DNA from: Octopus sinensis
Lineage: Eukaryota
DNA: 64,000 nt
Assembly (NCBI RefSeq): GCF_006345805.1
Contig: NC_043008.1
Span: 78,244,001-78,308,000, forward strand
Reading direction: 5' to 3'
Part shown: positions 1 through 12,280 of the stretch, in pieces
Numbering within the stretch: position 1 is the first letter of the stretch
Layout: every line of letters starts with the position of its first letter
Program-made: the position numbers and the translations under genes
The notes under the pieces: generated by a model
What the model saw: the letters and a program-made list of their open reading frames with translations, nothing else
Told to the model about the DNA's origin: nothing
Databases searched by the model: none

Positions 1-35
1 CTAAGGTATTTTTCGATGTTATTATTATTATTATT

Positions 36-2243
36 CTGTTTGACTTTTGCTTTATGTCTGTACAAGTTGGCTCCAAGTCTCACCCAGAGACCTCAAGAGA
101 AAACAAGTTGGCCTAGGGTGCCATATATATGGTTTTGTACATAGTGTTGTTAAGAGAATGCTTAAGAAACCATAAGAAAATTATGTTTGTGAATGTCTAA
201 TACATAAAAATAAAATTTAAAAAAGAAAATTAATAAATGAATTTAAAAAAAGTTTGTTTTAAACCTTGGGATTACATAGAGAGTATTTTGCGTAGGATAT
301 GAGCAGTTCCCATGAGCACTATCTTTTGAATTTCTGCCATTTTTGGGGTTTCCTGGTATCTGAGTTAGGTAGCAATCAGTCCCTTTCGCTATCATTCCCA
401 GGGCACCTATGACAACAGGTATTGTTTTAGTCTTCAGCTTCCACATTTTGCTGATTTCTATTTCAAGATCTTTATATTCGCTCAGTTTTTGGTAGGTCTT
501 GACAGATACGTTTATATCGATTGGGACAGTCATATTAATGAGGAGGCATGTTCTTTGTCTGAACTCTTTCAATATGATGTCTGGCCTATTTGCATCTATC
601 TTCCTGTCAGTTTGAATGGTGAGGTTCCAGAGGAGTGAGATGTGGTCATTTTCAAGCACTGGAGGTGGATTGTGTTCCCACCAGTTTTTTTTTATGGGGC
701 AAATCCAGGTTTTTGCAAATTGCCCAGTGAATATATTGTGCAGCTCTATCATGCCTGTTGAGGTACTCTGTAGGCGCTAGAAGACTGCATTTGGAGACAA
801 CATGATCAATGGCTTCATTTTGTTGTCGGCATACACGACATGTTGGGCTACTGCCGTTATTTAATATGTTGGCCTGGTAGTTTCTTGTTGTTAGGCATTG
901 ATCTTGAGCTGCTATGATAAACCCCTCTGTTTCAGATTTTAAGCCAGAGGCCATTAGCCATTGATGGGTCAGGGCTTTGTCGATATCTGCATTATTCGCT
1001 CTCTTTGGGTATTTGCCATAGAGAGGTTTTTCTTGCCATTTATTATTCAGAATATCTAAGGCCGCAGTTTTGGCACGGGTTTTCATGCGCCTAGCTTTTT
1101 CTGTGTTTGTTTCTTGTGTGTCTATCTCTAATTCCGAAATTGGTTGTATTCGGAATTCACTTAGATATTCCTTTGCCTGTTTTGTGACTGAGTATGATGC
1201 TTTCTTGTTTTCATGTTTTGAGACAAGTTTTAACATCCAGTCCTCAGAGTTTTTCAGGTAGGTATCTAGGCCAATTGTAGCAACTTCATTGTTATTGCCA
1301 GTTGCAAAAGACCACGGTCTCCCTCTTTTCTTGGCAGATAGAGTCGTTCTATATCTGCCTTAGGGTGGTGCATTCTATGCATTGTCAACAGTTTCCTTAT
1401 ATTTCTGTCGAGCTGACATATTTCAGTAATTGACCAGTTAACAATATTGAAACTGTAGGTCACGACTGGTATGGCTAATGCATTGATCGCTTCGATCCTG
1501 TTTCTTGCATTCAGCTCTGTCTTGAGTATTGCTCTCACTCTTCGATAGCATTCTCTCCTGATCCTTTCCTTCATCTCTGAATGCCTTATTCCGTTCCCTT
1601 CAATTACCCCTAGGTACTTGTAGCTCTCCGCTGGGTCTAGTTCAGTTTAGACATTCTGCTGGTCAAGGTTAACGTTAGATGTTTCTGTCATTTTTCCTTT
1701 GATAAAGGTAGCCTTTGCACATTTATCGAGGCCGAATTGCATTCTGATGTCGTCACTGAATTGTTTGACTATCGCTAGTAAGCCCTTGGGTTGTTGGTCA
1801 TTTTTTGCAAAGAGCGTTAAATCATCCATGTAAATGAGATGATTTATATTTTCATCAAACATTTTATACCCGTACTGCGCGTCATTGAGCAGTTTTGAGA
1901 GAGGTATTAAGGATAAACAAAAGAGGAGTGGTGACAGTGAGTCACCCTGGAAAATGCCACACGAAATTTTTACATCACCAGCATTTAGGGATTCATTGTC
2001 ACTGTTCAGAGTTAGTGTGGTTCTCCATGATCTCATACTTACAGTCAAGAAGTTTCGCAGAATAGGTGCTATCTTATACATTTCCAGGCATTTCCTAATC
2101 CAGCTATGTGGTAGGCTATCAAAAGCATTTTTATAGTCTATCTAGGCTATTGATAAGTTTTTGTGTCGTTTGTGACAATCTTCTAAGATCATCTTATTGA
2201 TGAGTAGTTGGTCTTTACAGCCGTAGGATCCACGTTTACATCC

Positions 2244-2245
<2 letters not shown>
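36..2245 (-). mobile_element. R4/Dong-like non-LTR retrotransposon (RT + CCHC + restriction-like endonuclease), 5'-truncated, degenerate
   Basis: Frameshifted ORFs 1647-2081 (QGDSLSP, YMDD), 1266-1574, 652-1236 (CRVC..H..C) and 243-752 (RPD..NMTVP..K..EYKDL, REL-type). RT reads up to [15 protein letters not shown] at about 2245. The 3' UTR ends in (TAA)n at 18-35. Confidence 0.9.
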
Positions 2246-2321
<76 letters not shown>

Positions 2322-2322
2322 T
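2246..2322. repeat. (TTA/TAA)n microsatellite, tail or target of Dong-like elements
   Basis: Direct reading of the sequence. Confidence 0.95.
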
Positions 2323-2598
2323 TATATTTGACTTTGGCTTTGCATTTGTACAAGTTGGTTCCAAGTCTCACCCAGAGACCTCAAGAGAAAACAAGTTGGC
2401 CTAGGGTGCCATATATATGGTTTTGTACATAGTGTTGTTTAGAGAATGCTTAAGAAACCATAAGAAAATTATGTTTGTGATTACATAGAAAGTATTTTGT
2501 GTAGGATATCAGCAGTTCCCATGAGCACTATCATTTGAATTTCTGAAATTTTGGGGTTTCCTGGTATCTGAGTTAGGTAGCAATCAGCCCCTTTTGCT
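2323..2598 (-). mobile_element. Second, short 3' fragment of the same Dong-like element
   Basis: Closely matches 36-390 (caagtctcacccagagacctcaagagaaaacaagttggcctagggtgcc...) with an internal deletion of about 80 nt. Confidence 0.9.
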
Positions 2599-3049
2599 TA
2601 TAAACGATATTGAATTTTCTACCGTTGGCAGTTAGCACGTATTTTGGAGTTGTAGTTGGAGAAATTCTGTTTAGGATCCTTTTTTATAATAAGTGTTATT
2701 ATTGCTATTACTAAGAAATTTATCATGGTTTCAGTTGGGTTCATCAGATTCATCTTGCTAATGTTTTCTTTCTACTGTGCATGTGAAAGCTTAATGATAA
2801 ACCACTTATAGCCATTTATTAGCTACAAAACCACTACTTTTTGTTTTAGTCGCAGTTCAAGTCGGAATTTTAAGTGATAAGTCGACTTATTGTATATACT
2901 TCTTACATTACGTCATTATATACAATTTTACCTGAACTATCTCTCTACGCATGTATGTATGTATGTATGTATGTATGTATGTATGTATGTACATAAGTAT
3001 ATATACTAGCAGAGATACCCGGGCTTGCAAGGGCATTTTTTTCATGTTT

Positions 3050-3332
3050 TACCTGTTTCAGTCATGTGACTGCGGCCATGCTGGAGCACCGTCGTTGATC
3101 GAACAAATTGACCACAGGATTTATTTTTTGTAAGCCTAGTACTTATTCTATCAGTGTCATTTGACGAATCGCTAATTTAAGGGAACGTTAACAGCAACAT
3201 CGGTTGCCAAGCAATGATGGGGATTCAAACACGGACACAGAAACACGAACACGAAGACACACATATATACGACAGCCTTCTTTCAGTTTCCGTGTACAAA
3301 ATCCACCCACAAGGCTTAGGTCGGCCTGAGGC
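3050..3332 (-). mobile_element. tRNA-derived SINE family A (3' two thirds)
   Basis: Shares gtcat.tgactgcggccatgctggagcacc and downstream blocks with copies at 22.3, 56.9, 61.2 and 63.3 kb. Confidence 0.8.
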
Positions 3333-3391
3333 TATATATAATACGTAGATATATATATTGTGTGTGCGTGTGTATATCCATATAGACACAC

Positions 3392-3453
<62 letters not shown>

Positions 3454-3632
3454 GCGTTTATATATTTGTTGTGCAAGATTTTTTATGTGAACTCGTGTCT
3501 TGAAACAGATATTGTTGTATTTCGGAATGGTCATTTTGCCAGTTTAGCCAATAAAAACAGACGCACTATATATTTGGTGTTATTTTGCTTCAGTGTTATT
3601 TATTTTTTACATTAATCTTAATCTTATTTCAG

Positions 3633-3672
3633 CCAGAGTTCTTTTGTCACACTCCCGTGACCGCATCAGTGG
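3633..3672 (-). ncRNA. Degenerate minimal hammerhead ribozyme in a pseudo-LTR-like repeat
   Basis: Minus strand: cca-CTGATGC-ggtcac-gggagt-gtgac-AAAA-gaac-TC-tgg. Stems I and II pair; two core substitutions. Confidence 0.45.
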
Positions 3673-4144
3673 TCCTTTGTTTTCTTCTTTCTTATTTGTG
3701 TCTCTCATTACTAACCGTCAGCCATTTTGTATTTCCATTGTATGTCTTCATTTGCGCATGCTTATATCTCTATGTGCGACTATGTTTAGTTAGTGTGTGT
3801 GGGGGGGGGATGCCTGTAATTTTTGTATCTTGTGTTTATATACGTTCGGCAATTTGTTTTTGTTGTTTTTGTTTATTCTTAATTTGTTCATGTGTTTACA
3901 TCCACTTATTATTATTATCATTACGTATACTTGTATGCATGTATGTATAACAACAATAATAATAATAATAAATTTTAAAAATCTTTTAAATTAAAAAAAA
4001 CTTATATAGTTACTTATTTTTATTTGTTTATTTATCTGTGTATTATATTTATATATATATATATATAAATATCCATATATATATATATTCACACACACAC
4101 ACACATATATATATATATACACATATATATATATATATATTCAC

Positions 4145-4175
<31 letters not shown>

Positions 4176-4181
4176 CATATA

Positions 4182-4694
4182 TCTATATATATAAAACTGT
4201 AGTTGTGTGAGTGTCTGTCCCCTTCGAGTTAGATTCCTAACTACTCCCACATTTTGCGGTGCAGTTTAACCAAATTCGGGTATCTTATAGTCGTGATTCA
4301 TATCAAGCCCGTCTGAGTATTAGCGCGCGTCTACAATGAGTCTACGATTTAAAAAATAATTTAACATCATTTTTTATTCCATTTTAATGCATAATTTTTC
4401 GTGTGTCGATGGCGGCGGAGTTGGCGTCCATGGTCACACCTGCACCTGTTTGTTTCTCCCCCTTCTCCCCTCCCTCGTGAAGCTGTGGGGAAGGGAGTGT
4501 AAGGAAATCAACGTCGTAAAGCGTTGTCAAGGAGAACAGCGTCCTTTTAGAACAACGACTTCATGGCTTGAAGACACCAAAACAGAAATGGCTAAGAAAG
4601 CCCGAATTGGCATCTATAAGGGAAGTAATTCTCTAAAAATGCTTATATAGTTATTTCCCTTACAAACCCGAGCAACGCCGGGCGATACTGCTAG
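4182..4694 (+). mobile_element. Non-autonomous Helitron
   Basis: Starts a|TCTATATATATAAAA, has a subterminal GC hairpin cccgagcaacgccggg, ends CTAG|t. Inserted between A and T with no TSD. Confidence 0.85.
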
Positions 4695-4734
<40 letters not shown>

Positions 4735-4764
4735 ATATTATATATATATATATATATATAATAT

Positions 4765-4795
<31 letters not shown>

Positions 4796-4800
4796 GATAT

Positions 4801-4839
<39 letters not shown>

Positions 4840-4899
4840 CAATATATATATGCCTATATATATATCCATATATACACACATATACATATATATCTGTAT

Positions 4900-5098
4900 A
4901 TTAAAGTAATGGTATGACAACAAAAGTATGAAAGAGACCTCGATATTATGTAAATAAAACAATTTATCTGTAATACAATATCTGACAATTATTCGGTTGC
5001 TATAATAAACCTCCGAGGTTCGTATGTCGGTGTATGGCTTACATTTGGCTAAGATCTGCCAATGGATGTTGTAATTGACACCTTTTTCTTTTAAGGAC

Positions 5099-5102
<4 letters not shown>
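4900..5102 (-). mobile_element. PLE fragment (GIY-YIG piece WSLKEKGVNYNIHWQILAKCKPY plus pseudo-LTR-like sequence)
   Basis: W.LK....I.W.I......Y motif shared with the other PLE endonucleases in the window. Confidence 0.6.
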
Positions 5103-5131
<29 letters not shown>

Positions 5132-5134
<3 letters not shown>

Positions 5135-5207
5135 CGTAGGAGTGGCTGTGTGGTAAGTAGCTTGCTTACGAACCACATGGTTACGGGTTCAGTCCCACTG
5201 CGTGGCA
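5132..5207 (+). mobile_element. SINE family A tRNA-like head
   Basis: Pol III A box tggctgtgtgg and B box ggttcagtccc; matches heads at 19.7 kb (-) and 27.4 kb (+). Confidence 0.8.
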
Positions 5208-5268
5208 ATCACAGACTCAAATACACACAAATACATACGTACATATATAGATATATATATACACACAC

Positions 5269-5328
<60 letters not shown>

Positions 5329-5329
5329 A

Positions 5330-5397
<68 letters not shown>

Positions 5398-5801
5398 CCG
5401 ACCACATGTTGCTAGGTGGTTACTCAAAGGTATCTGACGGACCTCTGGGTCTCTAATATATAATATTTCCATTCTACAAATTACACAGCCCAAGTGAAAT
5501 CGAGAGGAAAATCAGAGAAAAGAATTTTATTGATAAATTCGAACCCAAGCTAAATAAGCAATAATAATAATAATACTTAGATAGCAGGAAAATTATCTTA
5601 TTTAGGGTTAAAAGTTCTATTGCCACCACCATCACCATTAGCAACAATAATTAAGGTGCTGACAATGATGATGATGACAATTGAAATATAAAAATATAAA
5701 AATCTCTGACAAAGGCTATTTACAACATTTCTAAAAATAGCCCAGCAATTGCTGCCTCGGCCAGGCTTAAGATACAGGCCTCTTAACATGTCCAACAAAG
5801 C

Positions 5802-5927
5802 GTGACGCCTAAACCAATCAGCTCAACCAACCAATTAGCTTAAGTAATTGAGTGATACTACACACTGATTGGTCAGAATACAGTTTGCAAAACCTAGCAC
5901 TCTGGAGCCCACACAGGAGTATTTAAG
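5802..5927 (+). promoter_or_regulatory. Candidate Pol II promoter in PLE pseudo-LTR
   Basis: CCAAT at 5814 and 5831, ATTGG at 5868, TATTTAAG at 5920. Confidence 0.45.
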
Positions 5928-5990
5928 GCACAGATTCAATCATCTCGCTACAGTCAAGAATTGTGAAGCATGACTGTCACCACTACTACA

Positions 5991-6035
5991 TGAACCTGAA
6001 GATTGCAGAATTTAATGCATGAAAGTACTAGTTCA
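5991..6035 (+). ncRNA. Minimal type I hammerhead ribozyme
   Basis: tgaac-CTGAAGA-t-tgca-gaatttaa-tgca-t-GAAA-gtac-TA-gttca: 5-bp stem I, stem II, palindromic gtac in place of stem III. Confidence 0.8.
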
Positions 6036-6190
6036 ATCAGAATGAACATTTAACCGTCTATTATTTTATTTTATTTTATTATATTATATTATCTTATATC
6101 ATTATAAGATTGTAAATAAAACGTGAAAATCAGACAAGGTTGGAATTCCTTTTATTAATATATTCTTCTATACACAATCACACACACCCG

Positions 6191-6270
<80 letters not shown>

Positions 6271-6280
6271 CATATATATA

Positions 6281-7543
6281 TATGAAATCTGTAGTAAGGT
6301 ATACGGTAAACTTGACACCTGCTCATTTGTACCATTATTATATTTTGACAATCTTTATTTTTTGATAGAATGCTGACACATTTATTTCTTTATTTTAACT
6401 CATTTTGCGCTTTATAAATTATCTATGAATCGTTTTTTGCTATTTTTGTTTAGAGATGGATAAGTCGGAAATTTGTACAATTTTGAAATATGAGTTCTTT
6501 CTTGGAAATACAGCATCACAACAGCTCGGATTATTAATGGATTATTAATGTTATTTCACAGCAGACAGTATCGAATTGGTTTGCAAAATTTCGTTGTTAA
6601 CTTTGACCTCACAAATGAGCAACACGGTCGACCAGAAACAAAGGCGGGTAATGACGAAATGAAAGCCACCTTCGAGTCAGATCCATCTCAAATTGCCCAT
6701 GAATTATCGTTGTTATTTGGTGTTAGCAAGCAAATAATATTGACTCACCTAGTTCAAATCGATAAAGTGAAAATTTAGATAAGTGGGTTCCACACGAACT
6801 CAATGAAAATCAGAAACAGCAACGTTTGGAAGCCTGCATTATGCTACTTTCTCGTCACAAAAATGAATATTTTTTTAATCGAATTGTAATATGTGATGAG
6901 AAATGGATCCAATACAACAACTGTAAACGTGCAGCACTATGGTTAGACAAGGACGAGCCACCAAAACACAGTCCAAAAAGCAAAATTCATCAAAAGAAGC
7001 TGATAGTGTGCTTTTGGTGGTCTGGGACAGGTATGATCCATTATGATTTCATTAAACCTGGCTCATCAATCATGGCCGACGTATTCTGCAGCTCACTGGA
7101 CGGAATGATGCAGAAACTTACAAAAAGAAAAACAAACAACCGAGATTAGTCAACAGATCCACTCGTATTTTATTGCTTGACAACGTAAGATCACACATCG
7201 CTAAAATGACAATGGCGAAACTACAAGCGTTGGAGTTGGATGTTCTCCATTATCCACCATGCTCACCTGATCTTGCCCCTACTTCCACTACTTCCAGAAT
7301 TTGGATAACTTTTTGATAGAAGAAAATTTTAATTCCGATAATGCTGTAAAACAGGCCTTCTGAGGTTTTGTTGACTCTAGATTGCCAGGCTTTTACAGTT
7401 CCGGGTTGGATAAGCTGCCGCTGAAATGGCAAAAGTGTACTGACAATTTGGGTGCATACTTTGATTAATAAAACTATTCCTTCTATTTATAAAACATTAG
7501 CAAACTGTTTTCTTCTCTACAAATTTCATACTTGACGACCTAA
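6281..7543 (+). mobile_element. Mariner transposon, pseudogenised transposase (about 6455-7468)
   Basis: MDKSEI..YEF, WVPHEL, CDEKW, LDN..H, HYPPCSPDLAP, WQKC...GAYFD*. Right TIR ctacaaatttcatacttgacgacctaa; partial left TIR tatgaaatctgtag. Confidence 0.9.
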
Positions 7544-8199
7544 TTATATACATAGTGAAAGTATTTGAAATTGAAACTATATTTTAGTGAAACATTACAA
7601 CAGAGATGTTATTCCTTCATTTTTTACACGTAATACCAAAACAGTGTTGCCGAGTGCAGTCAAGTGTTATCAAGGAAACTGCAAATCCTGCCGATCATAC
7701 TATTTTTAAGCGGTTAGATTGGTTGAATTCCCTTTCCAACCCCTTCTATTATGATGTGACTGAAGTGTATTTCTCGTCTGGTTCTATGGTTTGAATCAGT
7801 GTGCATTTGATTTTGGTAAATTTAGCAGTGCAGTAGAGTGCCCAATGATATGGTGCGCGTTTTATATAACGTAACGTACGAATCCTTAATAAAATGTCAT
7901 GCTACTGGAAAATATGCTCAATGGATTCGATTGCTATTGCCAATTCGTCTCTTTCATTATATTTATTTACCAAATGTCATACGTGACTAATGGTTATTAC
8001 TGAGATTAGAGTTCTTAAATAATCTTTCTTAATTTTATGATGAATGATCAAAAAGAAATATTATTAATTAATTTATTTATTTATTTATGAATTTTGTTCA
8101 GTATGGGCTGATATGTTTGAAGCTACTGAGATAATAATGATGAGTATTTTGGGGTCTTAATTATCAGTACCCAGTAATAATGCTGCAATTCTTGTAAGA

Positions 8200-9032
8200 G
8201 GCAGCTACTGAACACTAAATTATCTTCAAACCAATAAAAAATATTTATTTATTTCAAATCCCTCATGGCGGATAAAATGCTAAAACACAAAATAAAAAAA
8301 CATTCTAAGCGTTCGGACACTATTAACACACCGCAATTCATCCAACAGGTTGAAAATATTATCGTTAAATATCCGGGAAAATCAATGAGAGCTAAAAACT
8401 TTGAGGTATGGAAGTGGACTATCAGAACTGCGGTGTCGAGGACATTCGATACAAGAAACAGGAGAAATGATTAGTCACGTTCAAATCCTTCTTATGCCTC
8501 CAGAGTGTGACACAATAAGTATCAAGCAAGTTCATATCATGCTGACTCACATTTTCCACAGTGTCTTAGAATTTGTAGTTGTATACGTTGAGGTGCTGGA
8601 GACGTTTATTAATCTGAATGGCTGAAGTAGGTAACAGAAGGCTCAGAACCTTCTCACAATGCTCACCTAACTCAAAAATGGATGTAACACTTACATTACG
8701 ATCATGTAACACAAACTTTGTGGTCTCCAAACCCACCAAACTTAAATCCCAATGCACTACTACATTTGGACACTGTTGAAAGAGAGACTAATCGATATCT
8801 TCACAATAACATAGCTTCTCTGAAGGTTTCCATTATCGAGGTGATGTCAAGAATTCCGGACCAGCACTGAAGCACTCATCAGAATCGAAGATGAATTCAT
8901 AGAATAACTTAGTCAAAGATCTTATAGAGAATATACGCACAAAATTTTATTGAAATACATTTGGCTTTCGCTAGATTAGATTTGTTTTATTAAGTTATCA
9001 AATATGTCCTCAAATACTTTTCACATCCTCTG
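8200..9032 (+). mobile_element. Highly degenerate Tc1/mariner-superfamily relic (maT/DD37D-like)
   Basis: RSDTINTPQFIQQV..II..PGKSMR and NFWSPNPPNLNP.HYYIW-like motifs across frames. Confidence 0.55.
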
Positions 9033-9679
9033 TGTGTGTGTATCTGCGCGTGCGAGCGTGTTTGTGCGTATATATGTAAGAAAGTGAGAGAACAATGATT
9101 TTATTTCCTAATATCTTTCTCTTTTATCCATCATTATGTTTCATTTCTCTAAACCAAATTTCTTTCACAATACTCTGGTTAATTCAAATATATAGTAGAA
9201 GAAACAGGTTCTAAGTTCAGCGCATATGGCTTGAAACTTGAAACACATAACTGTTTAACGAACTTCATAAAAACTCATTCCATGTTACCTTTTTAACCTT
9301 ATTCCTTGTCTAGATGCACTAAGACTTCTATACTGCTACCACATTCCATTCAAATTCAGCATTGAACATTGCAACAAAAGTTAGCAGCAAAAGTTGATAA
9401 CACTATGTTTCATCGAAAGCAAGTATCAAAGATTATTGCACTCACTAATTAATCAATCACTCAAATTAATTATTTCTCTCATACTGCAGGGAATAAAGAT
9501 AAGTTTCCACTCATGAGTATTTGATACTCGTAATAGTACGAGCTCTTGTATATTTTTAAATATTGGTGCATATACTTAGTTGGAGATCAGCACCCTTATA
9601 ACGGAATTTCACAGACCCTACGCATAATTGTTCATTGCCTATAAGCATTGATCAGTAGTCGACTTAACTTAAGCCTAGT

Positions 9680-9820
9680 AATTAACTGTTTTTTTTATTT
9701 TATTGACTCCAGAAGAATTAAAGAAATATTTGATCTCGGTGGGGTTTGAACTTAGAGCGTAAACTGCCATAACAAACGGCACTAGGCATTTTATCCGACA
9801 CTCAAGTATTTTTGCCAGTC
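9680..9820 (-). mobile_element. Degenerate SINE family B copy
   Basis: Reverse-complement similarity to 26430-26600 (ctcgg.gg..tttgaact.agagcgtaa). Confidence 0.5.
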
Positions 9821-11686
9821 CTTAGTTTATAAATTTATTATAATTATCATGTGACAGCAAAATGGCATTAGTTAATTAGCGGAAAACTGCATGTTATTAG
9901 ACGATATTTCGGTTAAACAAAAGATATTTGCTAGTCTGTGTCTTGCTACGTTCCGTTGTATTTCCTCTAACAATAGTAATTATAATCTGCTACTACTAAT
10001 AATTGTCTAATATCTAGACCACTTTTATCTCTTTAAAATCCCAAGACAATGAAGTGATTTATGTTTCCCAGCAAATGAATGCAAATTGATTCATCGTCAG
10101 TTACACTGATGTTAATCTTATTAACCTAAATCATGCATCTCTACGATGTCATAACAAAATATTAAGTTAGAATAACAATACATATTGCTTTAACTCTTTT
10201 GATGAAACAGAGCTGGAGAGGACATTACAAATCTTGGATATTTAGCTCTAAGTATGGAAAGCAAAATGATATATTTTAATGGATAGAAGAGCTTTGGTAT
10301 TCTTGTTTTTGGCAATGACATAAGCAATATGCAGGAAGGCAATGGATTTCAAAAGAAGACCGAAGACAAAGAATGTAATTTTTGTTCTACATCATAACCA
10401 CAAATTAGTGAATAGTAAATTTTGAAATTTTGATAGTGGGTATTAAAGAGTTTTTGTCAAATAACGTTATTGCTTCGGGAAATAATAATTCGTAGCAGTC
10501 CATGGTGCCAGCCAAAAATTCTAGAGGGAAGTATTCGAAAGAAGCTTTCGAGAAAAAATATTAGGAACATCTTTCACACTCCATCTTGCAAAATAGCAAT
10601 TTGTTAAACACTAATATAAACGAAGGGAGACAACTGAAAATGAACCAGTAGCAAGCAGAATTATACAAGTGTGTATAGGACAGAGGACATTTGAGCTACA
10701 CAAAAGTATAAATAATGTTGAAGGAAGAAATTAAAATCAAGGGAAAAAACCATAATGACATTGACTCAAGAACTGTATGTTCCGAACGATAAAGTCTAAA
10801 CAGATCCACTTTCTTTCTCTCTTGCTTAGTCAGAGGATGGAGACCACCCAACTTCATGAAATGTTTTAACCTTCCATTCTCGAAACAGTCGGAAGGAAAT
10901 GTAGCAGTTATCGTCAAATTGGATACCAGACCTGAATATTTGCAACAGAAGATATTCCGTTGAAAGGTCTAGATATTAGGGTTCAACTAGCAAGCGGTTC
11001 AGTTTTGAGTTTCTGTCAAGGGAAGCTGGATTAGATCCTAATAATGTTTGACTCCCTGCTAAACCCCCAAAACGATAGAATAGAAACAAAACATAATAAT
11101 TGAGAAGATAAATATGAATCTCAGCCAATAATTGAAAACTAAAGATTACAAAACTTAAATGAAGATACCCATGTCAACTACTCCAGTAATCTCTGAAAAT
11201 AGAAAGTATCCATAAGACATTTATCTACACTAATTCTGTACAAAATTACTATATCTTACGATATACAAAAGAAGAAATCTATAGCCGGTGTGTGTGTAAG
11301 TAAACTGATTAACTTTTATATATCTTCGAGGATTGAGAATAAGAGGACAACTGGAGCTATTTCTGACCTTCTATTAGGATTTCATAGGTGACCAAGTATA
11401 GTTTTTAAATCTATATTGAGATGTTTATGAACGTACTATTAATAGGTGCTTCAGAAAATTCGATAAACCGATTTGCATAAATTAATGCATGCTTGTCGGT
11501 TACTTTAACAAATTAATGGTACATTCACATGAGATTATGCCATGAAGTGAAATAGAATGTAAATATTTCCCATTCAGTTTTCCTTTAATGATGTTATTCA
11601 TTCTCCTACAATTTTTATATCTTTAGTTCAGTTCATTGTTTTCTTTCTCCTTAACAAAGTAACCCACATAGACATAAACACACATA

Positions 11687-11744
<58 letters not shown>

Positions 11745-12169
11745 TGTGTGTGTGTTTTCCCTTTGCTTACAATTAACACGGAAAAAAAGATAAACAGTTA
11801 CCAGGCTAGCAAAAAGTCACACAAGTAAAAAGAGCATAACACCTTGTTTTTAAAGGTAGAAACTCTGGATATGTGTGATATATTCTGTATAATATATATA
11901 AATAAATAGAGTTAAACGCAGGTGTTATTCAAATTCTTTTACTTCCGACACATGTTTTGAAGATGTCATTGGTATTATTCCAAAGGAATGAAATGGTGTA
12001 AAAGAAAAATCAGAAACCAAATAAATGAGAAGTATAGAACGATATGTAAATTAAATGAAACAAAAACCTAAAGTCTTGTAACAGAATAAATCTAGTTGAA
12101 GGGAAATGTGAGAAGAAAATCAATGTTTAAATTATATATATATGTGTGTGTGTGTGTGTATGTATATGT

Positions 12170-12280
12170 TTGTGTGCCCTCACCATCACTTGACAACCGA
12201 TGTTTGTGTGTTTACGTCCCCGTAACTTAGTCGTTCGGCAAAAGATATTGCTAGAATAAGTATGAGGCTTAGAAAGAACT
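12170..12280 (+). mobile_element. SINE family A internal fragment
   Basis: ttgacaaccgatg..tgtgtttacgtccccgtaacttag; reverse complement of 22380-22445. Confidence 0.7.

Larger units (their letters stand above)
5396..6180 (+). mobile_element. PLE 3' end: GIY-YIG C-terminus plus pseudo-LTR
   Basis: [33 protein letters not shown] followed by CCAAT boxes, a TATA-like box, a hammerhead and AATAAA. Confidence 0.7.

Noticed and set aside
5132-5207. tRNA gene (also 14722 and 26430)
   Set aside because: A and B boxes continue into SINE bodies; no complete cloverleaf.
2189-6376. ORFs rich in IYIY, poly-I, CVCV or HTHT (also at 14.6-19.9, 33.7-35.2, 40.1 and 45.0 kb)
   Set aside because: Translations of (TA)n, (TTA)n, (GT)n and (GATA)n microsatellites.
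7600-7800. Possible host exons (also 10696-10917 and 37620-37900)
   Set aside because: No recognisable protein motif, stops in the plausible frames, and no consistent splice chain.
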